Sequence record: NC_041917.1
Length of the DNA: 64,000 bases
Direction: 5' to 3' (one strand)
Shown: positions 8,556-18,438 of the stretch, in pieces
How the letters are laid out: each line of letters begins with the position of its first letter
How positions within the stretch are numbered: the stretch's first letter is position 1
Translations under genes and position numbers: made by a program
The notes under the pieces: model-generated
Databases searched by the model: none
Seen by the model: only the letters and a program-made list of their open reading frames with translations
Told to the model about the DNA's origin: nothing

Positions 8556-10379
8556 ATGATGAATAATGATAGATTGTATAGTGACATTAACGAATTTCTA
8601 AACCAAAGTAATAAAGATCTTCTAAATGAGAATGCTAACAAAGATGCCAAGATTGTAAACACTCATAGAGACTTGCTTGCTGGCATTCTTTCCAAGCATT
8701 GGGCTGAAGATATTCTTTCTGAAGATTTAATGCAATGGCATAAAAATGGATATGGTCACATACATGATCTGGATTATTTTATTAGTCCTTTAACAAATTG
8801 TTGTTTAGTAAATTACAGAGATATGTTAGAGAATGGATTTAAAATCGGTAATGCACAAGTTGGAACTCCTAATAGTATTGGAGTTGCTAGTACTATATTG
8901 ACTCAAATTGTACTCGCCGTATCAGCTAGTCAATATGGAGGTCAAACATTAGCACATATTGACTATGGTCTTGAGCCATACGTTCAGAAGTCCTATGAGA
9001 AGCTACAGCAGCTTCAAACAGAATTCAACCTACCGGATGAATATGTGGAAAAAGCCTTACAGAAGGAAGTGTATGATGCTATGCAAGCCCTCTTGTATCA
9101 AGTTAACACCATCACGTCTAGTAATGGACAAACGCCATTTGTGACAATAAGTTTAGGATTAAATAAATCCAAATTTGGTCAAATGATAACTGATTCATAT
9201 TTGAAAGTACATGAAAAAGGTTTAGGTGTTGATGGCAATACTCCAGTATTTCCTAAAGTAGTTTTCTTCCTTGAAGATGGTGTTAATCTTAAACCTGAAG
9301 ATCCAAATTACTTTTTAAAAGAACAAGCTATGCGTACTGCATCCAAAAGAATATATCCAGACTTTGTTTCAGTACCATTGAATAGAAAGGTCACTGGTTC
9401 AAAAAGTGTTCCTGTATCACCAATGGGATGCCGTTCATTTTTAAGTAAATGGGAAGATGATAGCGGTACTGAACAGTATGATGGTAGATTCAATCTTGGT
9501 GTAGTTTCTATTAACTTACCACTACTTGCATTAGAATCCGAATCAGATGGTGATTTCTTTGGTAAGATCGATCATCATATGAATATGGCCTATAGAGCAC
9601 AGATGAACCGTGTAGAACGTCTTAAAAAGATGAAAGCACGTCAGAATCCAACAATGTTTATGGAAGGTGCAATTGCCCGTTTAGGAGCAGATGATACTAT
9701 TGATAAATTATTTTATGATGGATATGCTAGTATTAGTATTGGGTTCGTTGGATTAGCAGAATGTTCAGAAATCATAAAAGGGCATTTGAACAAAGATTAT
9801 TGTAAGTCTATTTTACATTATATGAAATATAAATGTGAACAATTCAAAAAGGACAGTACTTTATCATTTAGCTTATATGGAACACCAGCAGAAAGTTTAT
9901 GTTATAAATTTGCTAAATGTATCGAATTGAAGTATCCAAATGTTTTAAAACGTGACTTTATTACAAATTCATTCCATCAACCTGTGTGGGTAGAAAGTAC
10001 TCCATTTAGTAAGTGGGATTATGAAGAAAGTTTTGCATATCTAAGTAATGGTGGTAATATAAGTTACGTAGAAACACCAAATCTATCTAACAATATTAAG
10101 GCACTTGAAACCTTAATTGACTATGCGTATGATAGAATTCCATATTTTGGTATTAACCAACCAGTTGATAAATGCTATAAATGTGATTTTGAAGGTGAAT
10201 TTGCTGTAGATAAAATTGGTTTCCATTGTCCATCATGTGATAATAGAGAAGAAGGTACTATGTCAGTAATTAGACGAGTATCAGGTTATCTAAGTGCACC
10301 TAATAGTAGAGCGTTCAATACTGGAAAACAACAAGAAGTTATTCAGAGAGTAAAACATGAAAGACAATCGAAAGAATGA
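8556..10379 (+). CDS. nrdD: Anaerobic (class III) ribonucleoside-triphosphate reductase
   Basis: HIHDLDY, TNCCL, MGCRSFL, GRFNLGVVSINL, YGTPAESLC, CxxC...CxxC, RRVSGYL glycyl-radical loop. Confidence 0.97.
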   Translation: MMNNDRLYSDINEFLNQSNKDLLNENANKDAKIVNTHRDLLAGILSKHWAEDILSEDLMQWHKNGYGHIHDLDYFISPLTNCCLVNYRDMLENGFKIGNAQVGTPNSIGVASTILTQIVLAVSASQYGGQTLAHIDYGLEPYVQKSYEKLQQLQTEFNLPDEYVEKALQKEVYDAMQALLYQVNTITSSNGQTPFVTISLGLNKSKFGQMITDSYLKVHEKGLGVDGNTPVFPKVVFFLEDGVNLKPEDPNYFLKEQAMRTASKRIYPDFVSVPLNRKVTGSKSVPVSPMGCRSFLSKWEDDSGTEQYDGRFNLGVVSINLPLLALESESDGDFFGKIDHHMNMAYRAQMNRVERLKKMKARQNPTMFMEGAIARLGADDTIDKLFYDGYASISIGFVGLAECSEIIKGHLNKDYCKSILHYMKYKCEQFKKDSTLSFSLYGTPAESLCYKFAKCIELKYPNVLKRDFITNSFHQPVWVESTPFSKWDYEESFAYLSNGGNISYVETPNLSNNIKALETLIDYAYDRIPYFGINQPVDKCYKCDFEGEFAVDKIGFHCPSCDNREEGTMSVIRRVSGYLSAPNSRAFNTGKQQEVIQRVKHERQSKE

Positions 10380-10773
10380 AACTTGTTATCGTAGATGGGT
10401 GTTCGATAAGCCTAAAAACGGTAAGAAAAGAGAAAAAACATATTTTCCAAAGGGCAAGAAAATGCCCTTAAAAAAAGCATTTGATATTGTAGTGCAAGGA
10501 TTACTTGCAGGAAAAGGGTTACATCCATCCGTTGATTATATCTGGTACGCAGAGAAAATTTCAGCAGAATGTAATGTTCATGTTGATTTAGTTCGTCAAG
10601 TACTACATAAATTAAATCTAGAGGGATGTTGCTCTAAAAGAATACTGTGGGATGCTAGAGGTGGAATGTTCGCCATGCATACACGGTTAGATTGGGGTGA
10701 CGCAGTAGTTCCTTGGGAAGCAAAAGAGTATCATGTAAATATGGATAAACTTAAAGAGAAATATGGAAAATGA
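10357..10773 (+). CDS. Hypothetical protein
   Basis: 138-aa ORF overlapping the nrdD stop. Confidence 0.6.
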   Translation: MKDNRKNETCYRRWVFDKPKNGKKREKTYFPKGKKMPLKKAFDIVVQGLLAGKGLHPSVDYIWYAEKISAECNVHVDLVRQVLHKLNLEGCCSKRILWDARGGMFAMHTRLDWGDAVVPWEAKEYHVNMDKLKEKYGK

Positions 10774-10959
10774 TTCAATATGTAATTACTGAAGGAATAC
10801 ATACTGGAACTATATTTTCTATTATAATGTCAAGAAGTGTTGTTTTGAAATCTGACACTATTCCAGTTGGTACATTGCTATCAAATATACCAGATGATGA
10901 ACGCATGAAAATGAGATTTAGAGTTTATGATCCCAATTGATTTAAAAGAAAGAGAGAAT

Positions 10960-11436
10960 ATGATCTTATATTTCTCTCTTAAAAATAAGCATGGTTATTC
11001 ATTAGATAATTATGATGAAGTACTAGAACAATTAATTTCAGATCTTAAACCAAAAGTACAACAATATTATGCAATTATAATTCCTGAAAGTTCATCACCA
11101 TTTTTAGAAGATGTTGTTAAGCGATGTGGAAAACCATATATTATTGTAAAGAAAAATAATATACAGTACTTTAAAGATTTAGCACCAACATTAGGATTAC
11201 AAAAGGCTGAGCTTAAAAGTCATTTATCTAGAATGGATGACATGGGAGAATCTTTCAAAATTAATATGTTGAAAGCTACTCAGCGTGATAAGTACATTGA
11301 AAGTTTATTTTGTACTACAATCTCCCCTAACAATTCTATCATTATTGATGATAGTAATTTCTCTGGAAGTACCAAAAAGGCATTACAGTTTAGTACTGGA
11401 TGTTCTGAGTACTTACCAATTTTTACAAAAGGATAA
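10960..11436 (+). CDS. Phosphoribosyltransferase-fold-like protein
   Basis: [12 protein letters not shown] resembles the PRPP-binding loop. Confidence 0.4.
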   Translation: MILYFSLKNKHGYSLDNYDEVLEQLISDLKPKVQQYYAIIIPESSSPFLEDVVKRCGKPYIIVKKNNIQYFKDLAPTLGLQKAELKSHLSRMDDMGESFKINMLKATQRDKYIESLFCTTISPNNSIIIDDSNFSGSTKKALQFSTGCSEYLPIFTKG

Positions 11437-11440
11437 TAAA

Positions 11441-11803
11441 ATGACAATCAAAGCAATTCAAATTCTACGTGGTGAACACGAAGGTACAATTTTGATTCAT
11501 GATGAAACAACTGCACGTGTAATTGTTTCCAAAACATTAGAAGAAGATTCTGAATTACCAATGGCACAATTTTGGGGTGAATCTGTTCGTGAGGTTAATA
11601 TCGAATATCCAACCTTAATTGAGGGTGGTCAGCATTTAAATGTTAACGTACTAACACGTGAACAATTGGAAGATGCACAACAAAATCCAGAAAAATATCC
11701 ACAACTAACTATTCGAGTTTCAGGTTATGCAGTTCGCTTTAACTCTTTAACCAAAGAACAGCAAGATGATGTAATTTCTAGAACTTTCACTACTAAGGTA
11801 TAA
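11441..11803 (+). CDS. grcA: Autonomous glycyl radical cofactor GrcA (YfiD / T4 Y06I-like)
   Basis: [11 protein letters not shown]...[35 protein letters not shown]. Start at ATG 11441. Confidence 0.93.
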   Translation: MTIKAIQILRGEHEGTILIHDETTARVIVSKTLEEDSELPMAQFWGESVREVNIEYPTLIEGGQHLNVNVLTREQLEDAQQNPEKYPQLTIRVSGYAVRFNSLTKEQQDDVISRTFTTKV

Positions 11804-11807
11804 TATT

Positions 11808-12254
11808 ATGATTCACGATAAGGTTAATACTTTATGGGGTCTTCGTTTTAATGATTCAGAATTACTTGGGTATCTTCCAGTATTTGATGAAGAACATAAG
11901 GCTATTTCATATTATTCATGTGAAAATATGCATCCTGAATATGAATATCGTCGAGTTGTCCCATGTTATCAGTACAAAGTATCTGAAGAATGGACTTCTT
12001 CTGAAGAAGATTTCTTTATGCAAGAAAAATTACCCAAAAAGTCTAGGGAAGATTTAGTACTTCAACATGAAATCTATCGTGATGATTATATCAAGAACTT
12101 CCAAGACAACAAATATGTTGTAATTTTTGTTGGTTGTGATGATGGGGATAAGGTGATGCGTTTCAAAGATAGAGAATCAGCAATCAAATTTTTGGAAGGT
12201 ATTACCTATTATGATGAAATTTTTGATGATATGCTACTAATGAGTAATTATTGA
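11808..12254 (+). CDS. Hypothetical protein
   Basis: 148-aa ORF in operon. Confidence 0.7.
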   Translation: MIHDKVNTLWGLRFNDSELLGYLPVFDEEHKAISYYSCENMHPEYEYRRVVPCYQYKVSEEWTSSEEDFFMQEKLPKKSREDLVLQHEIYRDDYIKNFQDNKYVVIFVGCDDGDKVMRFKDRESAIKFLEGITYYDEIFDDMLLMSNY

Positions 12255-12727
12255 TGAACTATCAAACAATAGTGAAAGATGATTTGATTAATGGAACTGG
12301 CGTTCGCGTCAGTTTATATGTTTCTGGATGCAGTCATGGATGTGCTGGGTGTTTTAATGAATCAGCATGGGATTATCGTTCAGGAATACCATTTAGTACT
12401 GAACAAATCAATGATATTCGAATTGAATTATCAAAATCTTATGTTGAAGGATTAACACTTTTAGGTGGAGATCCTTTAATGCCAAAGAATATTGATACAG
12501 TACTAGAATTATGTAGAATCGTTAAAGAAGAATTTCCAGATAAAAACATATGGTGCTGGACTGGATATACATTAGAGCAAGTACTTTCCAATCACGCACA
12601 TGATGCATTACAATATATTGATGTATTAGTAGATGGAAAATTTGAGGAAGAATTAAAAAATCTAAAATTATCATTTAGAGGTTCAGAAAATCAAAGAGTA
12701 CTTTTTAAAGGAAAGGACTATGACTAA
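12254..12727 (+). CDS. nrdG: Anaerobic RNR activating enzyme (radical SAM)
   Basis: NGTGVRVSLYVSGCSHGCAGCFN (CxxxCxxC); GLTLLGGDPL; FRGSENQR. Confidence 0.96.
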   Translation: MNYQTIVKDDLINGTGVRVSLYVSGCSHGCAGCFNESAWDYRSGIPFSTEQINDIRIELSKSYVEGLTLLGGDPLMPKNIDTVLELCRIVKEEFPDKNIWCWTGYTLEQVLSNHAHDALQYIDVLVDGKFEEELKNLKLSFRGSENQRVLFKGKDYD

Positions 12728-12899
12728 AGAAGTTATTGTTTATGATAAGAAATTTCATGAAGATGAAATAGAAATGATTGATCCGATGGATTTTTTAACA
12801 GATGATGTTGTAACTGATGTATTTGGACTACCACGAGGAACGTTTCATGTAGTGGTTACATTTACACCAGATCCAAATTATGATCCAGATGAAGAATAG
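12720..12899 (+). CDS. Small acidic protein (59 aa)
   Basis: AGGA RBS; MTKEVIVYDKKFHEDEIE...YDPDEE. Confidence 0.55.
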   Translation: MTKEVIVYDKKFHEDEIEMIDPMDFLTDDVVTDVFGLPRGTFHVVVTFTPDPNYDPDEE

Positions 12900-12921
12900 G
12901 CACCCATAGGGTGCCTTTTTT
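12898..12921 (+). terminator. Terminator of the nrdD-nrdG operon
   Basis: AGGCACC-catag-GGTGCCT plus T run. Confidence 0.8.
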
Positions 12922-12935
12922 GTTTATACCCTCAA

Positions 12936-12941
12936 TAAATA
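12936..12941 (+). promoter_or_regulatory. T4-like late promoter core TAAATA
   Basis: Same core precedes other structural/late genes (29506, 31980, 48545, 49370, 50422, TATAAATA at 53189, 53970, 53995). Confidence 0.65.
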
Positions 12942-12976
12942 CAACAATGAATATCTAAATTTTTTAAGGATATAAA

Positions 12977-15676
12977 ATGAGTAAACAAATAAAAGGAAGC
13001 GTACAAGTTGGTAGATACGCTTCATCACAAGGACGAAACTTAGTCCGATCTTTAAATGGGTTACCATTTGATGGTACTGGTAATTTAGAAATAAATGCAT
13101 ATACAAAAGATGAATTCGAAAAAATAATTAGCGTTTTACCACTATCACACTATGGTTCATTTAGCTTTTTACCTGCTGGTGTATATGGTTCTTTTGAAGG
13201 TGCGAGTGATGTTCCTAGTTATAGATACAGAAGAATACACGTAGAAAATGATGGTACATTAATTATTTTACGTCCAGGAACTAACGGAGCTAAGCGTGGT
13301 TTATATTATTCATATCTAGATAATATATTAACAACAACATCTCTGAATAACGCAATAAACTCAAATAAAGAATATAAACCTGGATATTTTGGTAGTTCTT
13401 ATACTGCTAAAATGGCATATGCTAGTGATTCTAGAGTTGTTGCTGGATTAGCACAAAATAATGCAGGTGAAAATTATACCTTTATATCATGGGCTAATAA
13501 TACATTAAATGATGCACAGCATGTGGGTTCAATTGTACCATCATCTATTATACAACCTAATTCTGGTTCTATGAGATTTGTAATGACGGGAAATACGGAA
13601 ATATTTTTCTTCGTAGAAGTTAGTACTGGTAATAATTTAATTATGGAAGTACGTTCAGTTCCTATTTCACAAATACAGGAATCAGCAACAACATTAACAG
13701 TTACTGAATATCCAAACTGGACAACAAATTCATTTTATGGAAATGTTTATACGAACCAAAATATTGTACTGAATAATAACAAAATGAGTTCAGTTGCATC
13801 AGACCAACCATATGTATTAATACCTGCTGGTGGTTCTGGTGAACCATATATGACAGGTGTTGATATATATGCTGCTCAAAATGCATCAGGAATGATACGA
13901 TTAAGAGTGGTTGGTGACTGTTATTGTACAACACAAACTGCAAATATTCGCCCAAAACATAGCTATAGTTTCTTATTAAATCCAGCAACAAGAGTTGCTA
14001 CATTAGAAGCGGGAAATACTGCACCATTAACTATTACTCAAACTGGTAATAATATGTCTGTTACTGGTAATACATATACTACTGACCCAATACTTACTGT
14101 TAATGGTGGTCGTGGTAACATAGTTATGTCATATTACTATTTTAATAATGGAACAACAATTGGTATTGGATCTCAAAATTTAGGTTCAGCACCTACTTAT
14201 ATCATGAGAGCTAATTATCCAAATGCTACTTCAATTTATGATACTTTACAAGTTCGTAATCATACTAGTACTAATTGGCTTTTAGGATCAATGAAAACTT
14301 CATATGGTTCACCAGTTGGTGCTGAAGTTATGGGATATGAATGGGTTACTGGAAATAGATATAAGGTAGCTTCGTGGGATGCAAATTCACAATACCGTTT
14401 ATCATTAAACCAAACAGCACCTACACCAACATTCACATTCGGTTCAGTTGGATTAGGTACAATTAAAGGATTCCAGCCAACTACAAATAGAAAATTCATT
14501 GATAATACCAATGATAACAAATTGTTTATATCGACAATTTCTGGAAGTACTGTTGCAACAAATGGTGGTGTTTTTGTAGAGTCAATTAAATTAAGTTCCC
14601 CATTATCATATGATCAAGATTTAAATACATCAGGTTCAATGAGTATAAGTAATATATTATTACAAACATTAAAAAATCAACAATTAGCGAATGCAACAAT
14701 TCCAGTAGATTTGAATAATAAGTCAACCATAACATTATATGTACCACAACAATCTGATATTCCAGCATTTGCATTGATTTCTGGAATAACCCCAACATTT
14801 TCTAATTATATGAAAATTATAGAAGTGAATGTTAATACTAGAACTGGAGTAATCAGTACTCTAACTTTTAAAAGACTTGTATATGAAGGTGGTAATACAA
14901 TTGGTGGCTTTAGTTCAGATGCTACATATGGCTTAGCTAATGGGGCTGTTGGATTAACAATTTATGATGCAGGTGCATTTTACTTTATTGGTGGAGTAGA
15001 TCCTTATATGTATAAAACATTAGGAGACACCAATAGTACTACATGGAGAGCCAAAGTTACTAAGAGCACACAACAAATGGACTCATTCGTTATCAGTGGT
15101 TCTTACCAACATCATACCCCAGGAAATGGTCAATTACCGTGGGCAGTTCCTGGCGTTGGTTTTGGATATATTGATTTTACACTAAATGCTGGTGATGATA
15201 GAGTACGTACTATATTCCAACCAGTAGGTACTACATTAGCTCAATACAATGCATGGACAGACACTGGTAGTCCTATTTTATTGGCTGGACAGGACGTTGC
15301 ACAGGGATTTGTAATATATTTTACAGAGAATACTCCAGTACTTTTATCAGGAAAATCATTCACTATGCCAATTCAAAATATTGATTTGACAACAGTTAAA
15401 GCTAATCCTGCTAATAGTACTTTTTATATCTACGTAACGATGAAAGAAGGTTTAGCACAATATTTGGCTACAGAAACAGTAATAGCAGAAACAGGAACTA
15501 CAGCATATAATACACTATGGATTGGTACAGTGACTACAAATGCAATTCAGATTGATACGATTAATATTTTAAAACGTAGTCGATTAGATGTATTTGGTGC
15601 ATCACTAGAAGCTGCTGGTTCTTCATTCCCTGTTAGCTATGGTCTACCATCAGCGACAGGTATTATCAATTGGTAA
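12977..15676 (+). CDS. Large putative virion fibre/structural protein, paralog 1
   Basis: 899 aa, T/S/N/G-rich; shares LPLSHYG, ENDGTL..LRPG.NG, QDVAQGF.IYFT and P..TG.I.W with the next two ORFs; late promoter upstream. Confidence 0.6.
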   Translation: MSKQIKGSVQVGRYASSQGRNLVRSLNGLPFDGTGNLEINAYTKDEFEKIISVLPLSHYGSFSFLPAGVYGSFEGASDVPSYRYRRIHVENDGTLIILRPGTNGAKRGLYYSYLDNILTTTSLNNAINSNKEYKPGYFGSSYTAKMAYASDSRVVAGLAQNNAGENYTFISWANNTLNDAQHVGSIVPSSIIQPNSGSMRFVMTGNTEIFFFVEVSTGNNLIMEVRSVPISQIQESATTLTVTEYPNWTTNSFYGNVYTNQNIVLNNNKMSSVASDQPYVLIPAGGSGEPYMTGVDIYAAQNASGMIRLRVVGDCYCTTQTANIRPKHSYSFLLNPATRVATLEAGNTAPLTITQTGNNMSVTGNTYTTDPILTVNGGRGNIVMSYYYFNNGTTIGIGSQNLGSAPTYIMRANYPNATSIYDTLQVRNHTSTNWLLGSMKTSYGSPVGAEVMGYEWVTGNRYKVASWDANSQYRLSLNQTAPTPTFTFGSVGLGTIKGFQPTTNRKFIDNTNDNKLFISTISGSTVATNGGVFVESIKLSSPLSYDQDLNTSGSMSISNILLQTLKNQQLANATIPVDLNNKSTITLYVPQQSDIPAFALISGITPTFSNYMKIIEVNVNTRTGVISTLTFKRLVYEGGNTIGGFSSDATYGLANGAVGLTIYDAGAFYFIGGVDPYMYKTLGDTNSTTWRAKVTKSTQQMDSFVISGSYQHHTPGNGQLPWAVPGVGFGYIDFTLNAGDDRVRTIFQPVGTTLAQYNAWTDTGSPILLAGQDVAQGFVIYFTENTPVLLSGKSFTMPIQNIDLTTVKANPANSTFYIYVTMKEGLAQYLATETVIAETGTTAYNTLWIGTVTTNAIQIDTINILKRSRLDVFGASLEAAGSSFPVSYGLPSATGIINW

Positions 15677-15685
15677 GGAAATCAA

Positions 15686-18427
15686 ATGGCATATATAGTT
15701 AAAGGCGATTTAGACGCCAAACAACAAATAACAGTACAGGGAAAAACTGTAGGTGTAAATTTTACAACCACAGATAATAGTGCTGTATATTCAGCAGATA
15801 CATCAGGACATGTGGATTTACCAATTACAACATCTTCTGACGTAGATTACATTTTTAAACAATTGCCCCTATCCCAATATGGGGCAATTAATAGCGTACC
15901 ATTGGGCGTAGCTGGTACATTTGATGGTGGTAGTACTATACCATATTATTCATCAATGCCAGTACTTTTAGAAAATGATGGAACTTTAGCGTTTCTTCGC
16001 CCTGGTTCTAATGGTAGTACTATAAATTATTATTACACATATATTAATACACCAGATTCTTCAACAGTGCCTAATACTACAATAAGAAAGTATTATGAAG
16101 GCCCAAGTAAGAAGATTGTATTTTATGATTCATATACCAAAGATACATTAATTTATGAAGATATTGATAATCATATCATTCATTTAGTTCTTACGAACGG
16201 AACTTTAGATAAAAATTCCCATCAGGAAGGAACATTTAGTAATACACTAATACCATATAATATTTTAACAGCATTAAAAGTGGGTAGTTATGTTTATATT
16301 ATAGCATTATATAATACTGCATACAACTTGAATAATCCAGTATCGATAAATTATAACATTGCTGATCCTCTACAATTTGTATTCTATAGAGTTCCAGTAT
16401 CTGAAATACAAGCTGGAACAATTAATACAGTACAACAGGTTACCGGTATTAATGGTACAACTATGTATGGTGATGTAATATCATCATCAAATGCTGTAAA
16501 AATTGCTGATGCTTGGGGTAGTACTACAGCAAGTGCAACTAAATCCTTTATGAAATATGATTCAGGAATTCCTGGTTTATCACCATTTACCTATTCTATT
16601 ATTGGTACAGGTAAAGCCTATTTTGATGGAACTAATATTATATTTTCATTCTATACAAATGGTTATTGTGTTAATAACACAAGAAGAACGGACACGATGT
16701 ATGGCATGACAATTACTTATAATACTACAAATAATACATACACCCATGATTTAACTAGTACCCCACTTGTATGTACTGGTGGAATTTCTGGTTCATTAAC
16801 TTGGTCAAATCCATATTCCATTAATTCATCTAAGATTGCTGGTATTGGAGCAGATATTAGTGATGGGTGGTCATCAGCATGGTATATTACTGATTCTGGA
16901 ATTCAATACACGGTTAAAGAAAAATATGTATTACATGACTATTATATAATTACCCGTTGTACAATTCCTAATTTTACAAATAAAGCTGATGCATATAAAA
17001 TACGTTCCAAGCAATTATCAATGACTTCTAGATCTAATGTCATGGGCGATTTTGCTTCTAGGGTTGGTGATCAATTAGTTGGTGGTTCACCATTAAGTCC
17101 AACTCGTATAATGTTTACAGGTACTGGTTCATATCAAGGGACACAGTATACAAAATATAAAAGAGGTATTGCAGATATAGGTAGTACTAGAACATACACA
17201 TATAATTCATTTGACCGTGGAACAATTACGGGATATGCACCTCAGAATTTTCGTGTACCATTAAGTGATACGAATGAAAATTTAACTCGTTCAAAAATAT
17301 CATTTTGTGATGCGGCGGGAAATATTTCTATGTACGGTTGTGTATTCAGTGAAGATATTATGTTGACGACTGGATATAAACTAGATGCATCAACATTAAC
17401 ATATGATAAAACTGTTAGTATTGATAATTCAACATTAGTTGCATTAAAAAATTCAATTATAAGTACTTCAGGAATTGACTCAGCTAATGCCAAAGTTGGT
17501 TTGTATTTTTCACCTGATACCAGTTTTTGTAAAAGTATTGCTTGTGTAGTTTCTAAAAATACAAGTCCAGATGGTGGTAATGTATTATTTGCTACGGTTG
17601 ATTGTACTATGGTCAATAATGTAGTTACTGTGGCAAATCTTAACACTATTTTTTATACTGGTTCATTTCCTACTATGCAATCAGTATTAATTTCAAGTGA
17701 AATGCTTGCAAAATCTGGTTTAAGTTGTGTGAAATATTCCGATTTTACATATATTTCATTTAGTGGACTGAACGCATATGGTACACCTGGTGATAGTGCT
17801 GAATTATCTGGATGTGGAGTTGTTAATGGTAATACTATTTCCAATGTTACTGTATCTCAGAGTTATCATGCTTCTGGAATTGCAACAAATGCACGAGAAT
17901 ATAGTTATATACCAAATGTAGGATTTGGATATTATATATACGCTAATAACGACCGTGGAACTAAATTAATATTTAAAAATTGTGGAAATACTTTAGCACA
18001 ATTTAATTCGAATATTTCTCCAGGAACGGGAACAGATATAGTTATACTTGCACAAGATGTGGTACAAGGTTTCTATTTGTATTTCACTGAAGTTACACCT
18101 TTATTCATGGGTGGACAATATTTTGATGTACCAATTAGTACTGTAGATTTAAATGCAGTAACATCTAATCCAGGAAATAAAACATTTTACATTTATATTC
18201 AGTTGATACTTGGTACACCAACATACGTTGCAAGTTTAACCGAGATTCCTGAAACTGCAATTAATATGTTCATTGGTACAATACAAACTGATGGAACAAA
18301 AGTATCTGCGTTAAATATAAGTAAGGTTTCACGCTTTGATGTGTACAGACCAAGTTTAACACAAATAGGTTCTGGTTTCCCTGTAAGTTCTGGAAATCCC
18401 CAACAAACAGGAACCATCAACTGGTAA
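15686..18427 (+). CDS. Large putative virion fibre/structural protein, paralog 2
   Basis: 913 aa, same conserved N- and C-terminal blocks. Confidence 0.6.
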   Translation: MAYIVKGDLDAKQQITVQGKTVGVNFTTTDNSAVYSADTSGHVDLPITTSSDVDYIFKQLPLSQYGAINSVPLGVAGTFDGGSTIPYYSSMPVLLENDGTLAFLRPGSNGSTINYYYTYINTPDSSTVPNTTIRKYYEGPSKKIVFYDSYTKDTLIYEDIDNHIIHLVLTNGTLDKNSHQEGTFSNTLIPYNILTALKVGSYVYIIALYNTAYNLNNPVSINYNIADPLQFVFYRVPVSEIQAGTINTVQQVTGINGTTMYGDVISSSNAVKIADAWGSTTASATKSFMKYDSGIPGLSPFTYSIIGTGKAYFDGTNIIFSFYTNGYCVNNTRRTDTMYGMTITYNTTNNTYTHDLTSTPLVCTGGISGSLTWSNPYSINSSKIAGIGADISDGWSSAWYITDSGIQYTVKEKYVLHDYYIITRCTIPNFTNKADAYKIRSKQLSMTSRSNVMGDFASRVGDQLVGGSPLSPTRIMFTGTGSYQGTQYTKYKRGIADIGSTRTYTYNSFDRGTITGYAPQNFRVPLSDTNENLTRSKISFCDAAGNISMYGCVFSEDIMLTTGYKLDASTLTYDKTVSIDNSTLVALKNSIISTSGIDSANAKVGLYFSPDTSFCKSIACVVSKNTSPDGGNVLFATVDCTMVNNVVTVANLNTIFYTGSFPTMQSVLISSEMLAKSGLSCVKYSDFTYISFSGLNAYGTPGDSAELSGCGVVNGNTISNVTVSQSYHASGIATNAREYSYIPNVGFGYYIYANNDRGTKLIFKNCGNTLAQFNSNISPGTGTDIVILAQDVVQGFYLYFTEVTPLFMGGQYFDVPISTVDLNAVTSNPGNKTFYIYIQLILGTPTYVASLTEIPETAINMFIGTIQTDGTKVSALNISKVSRFDVYRPSLTQIGSGFPVSSGNPQQTGTINW

Positions 18428-18438
18428 AAGGAATTACA

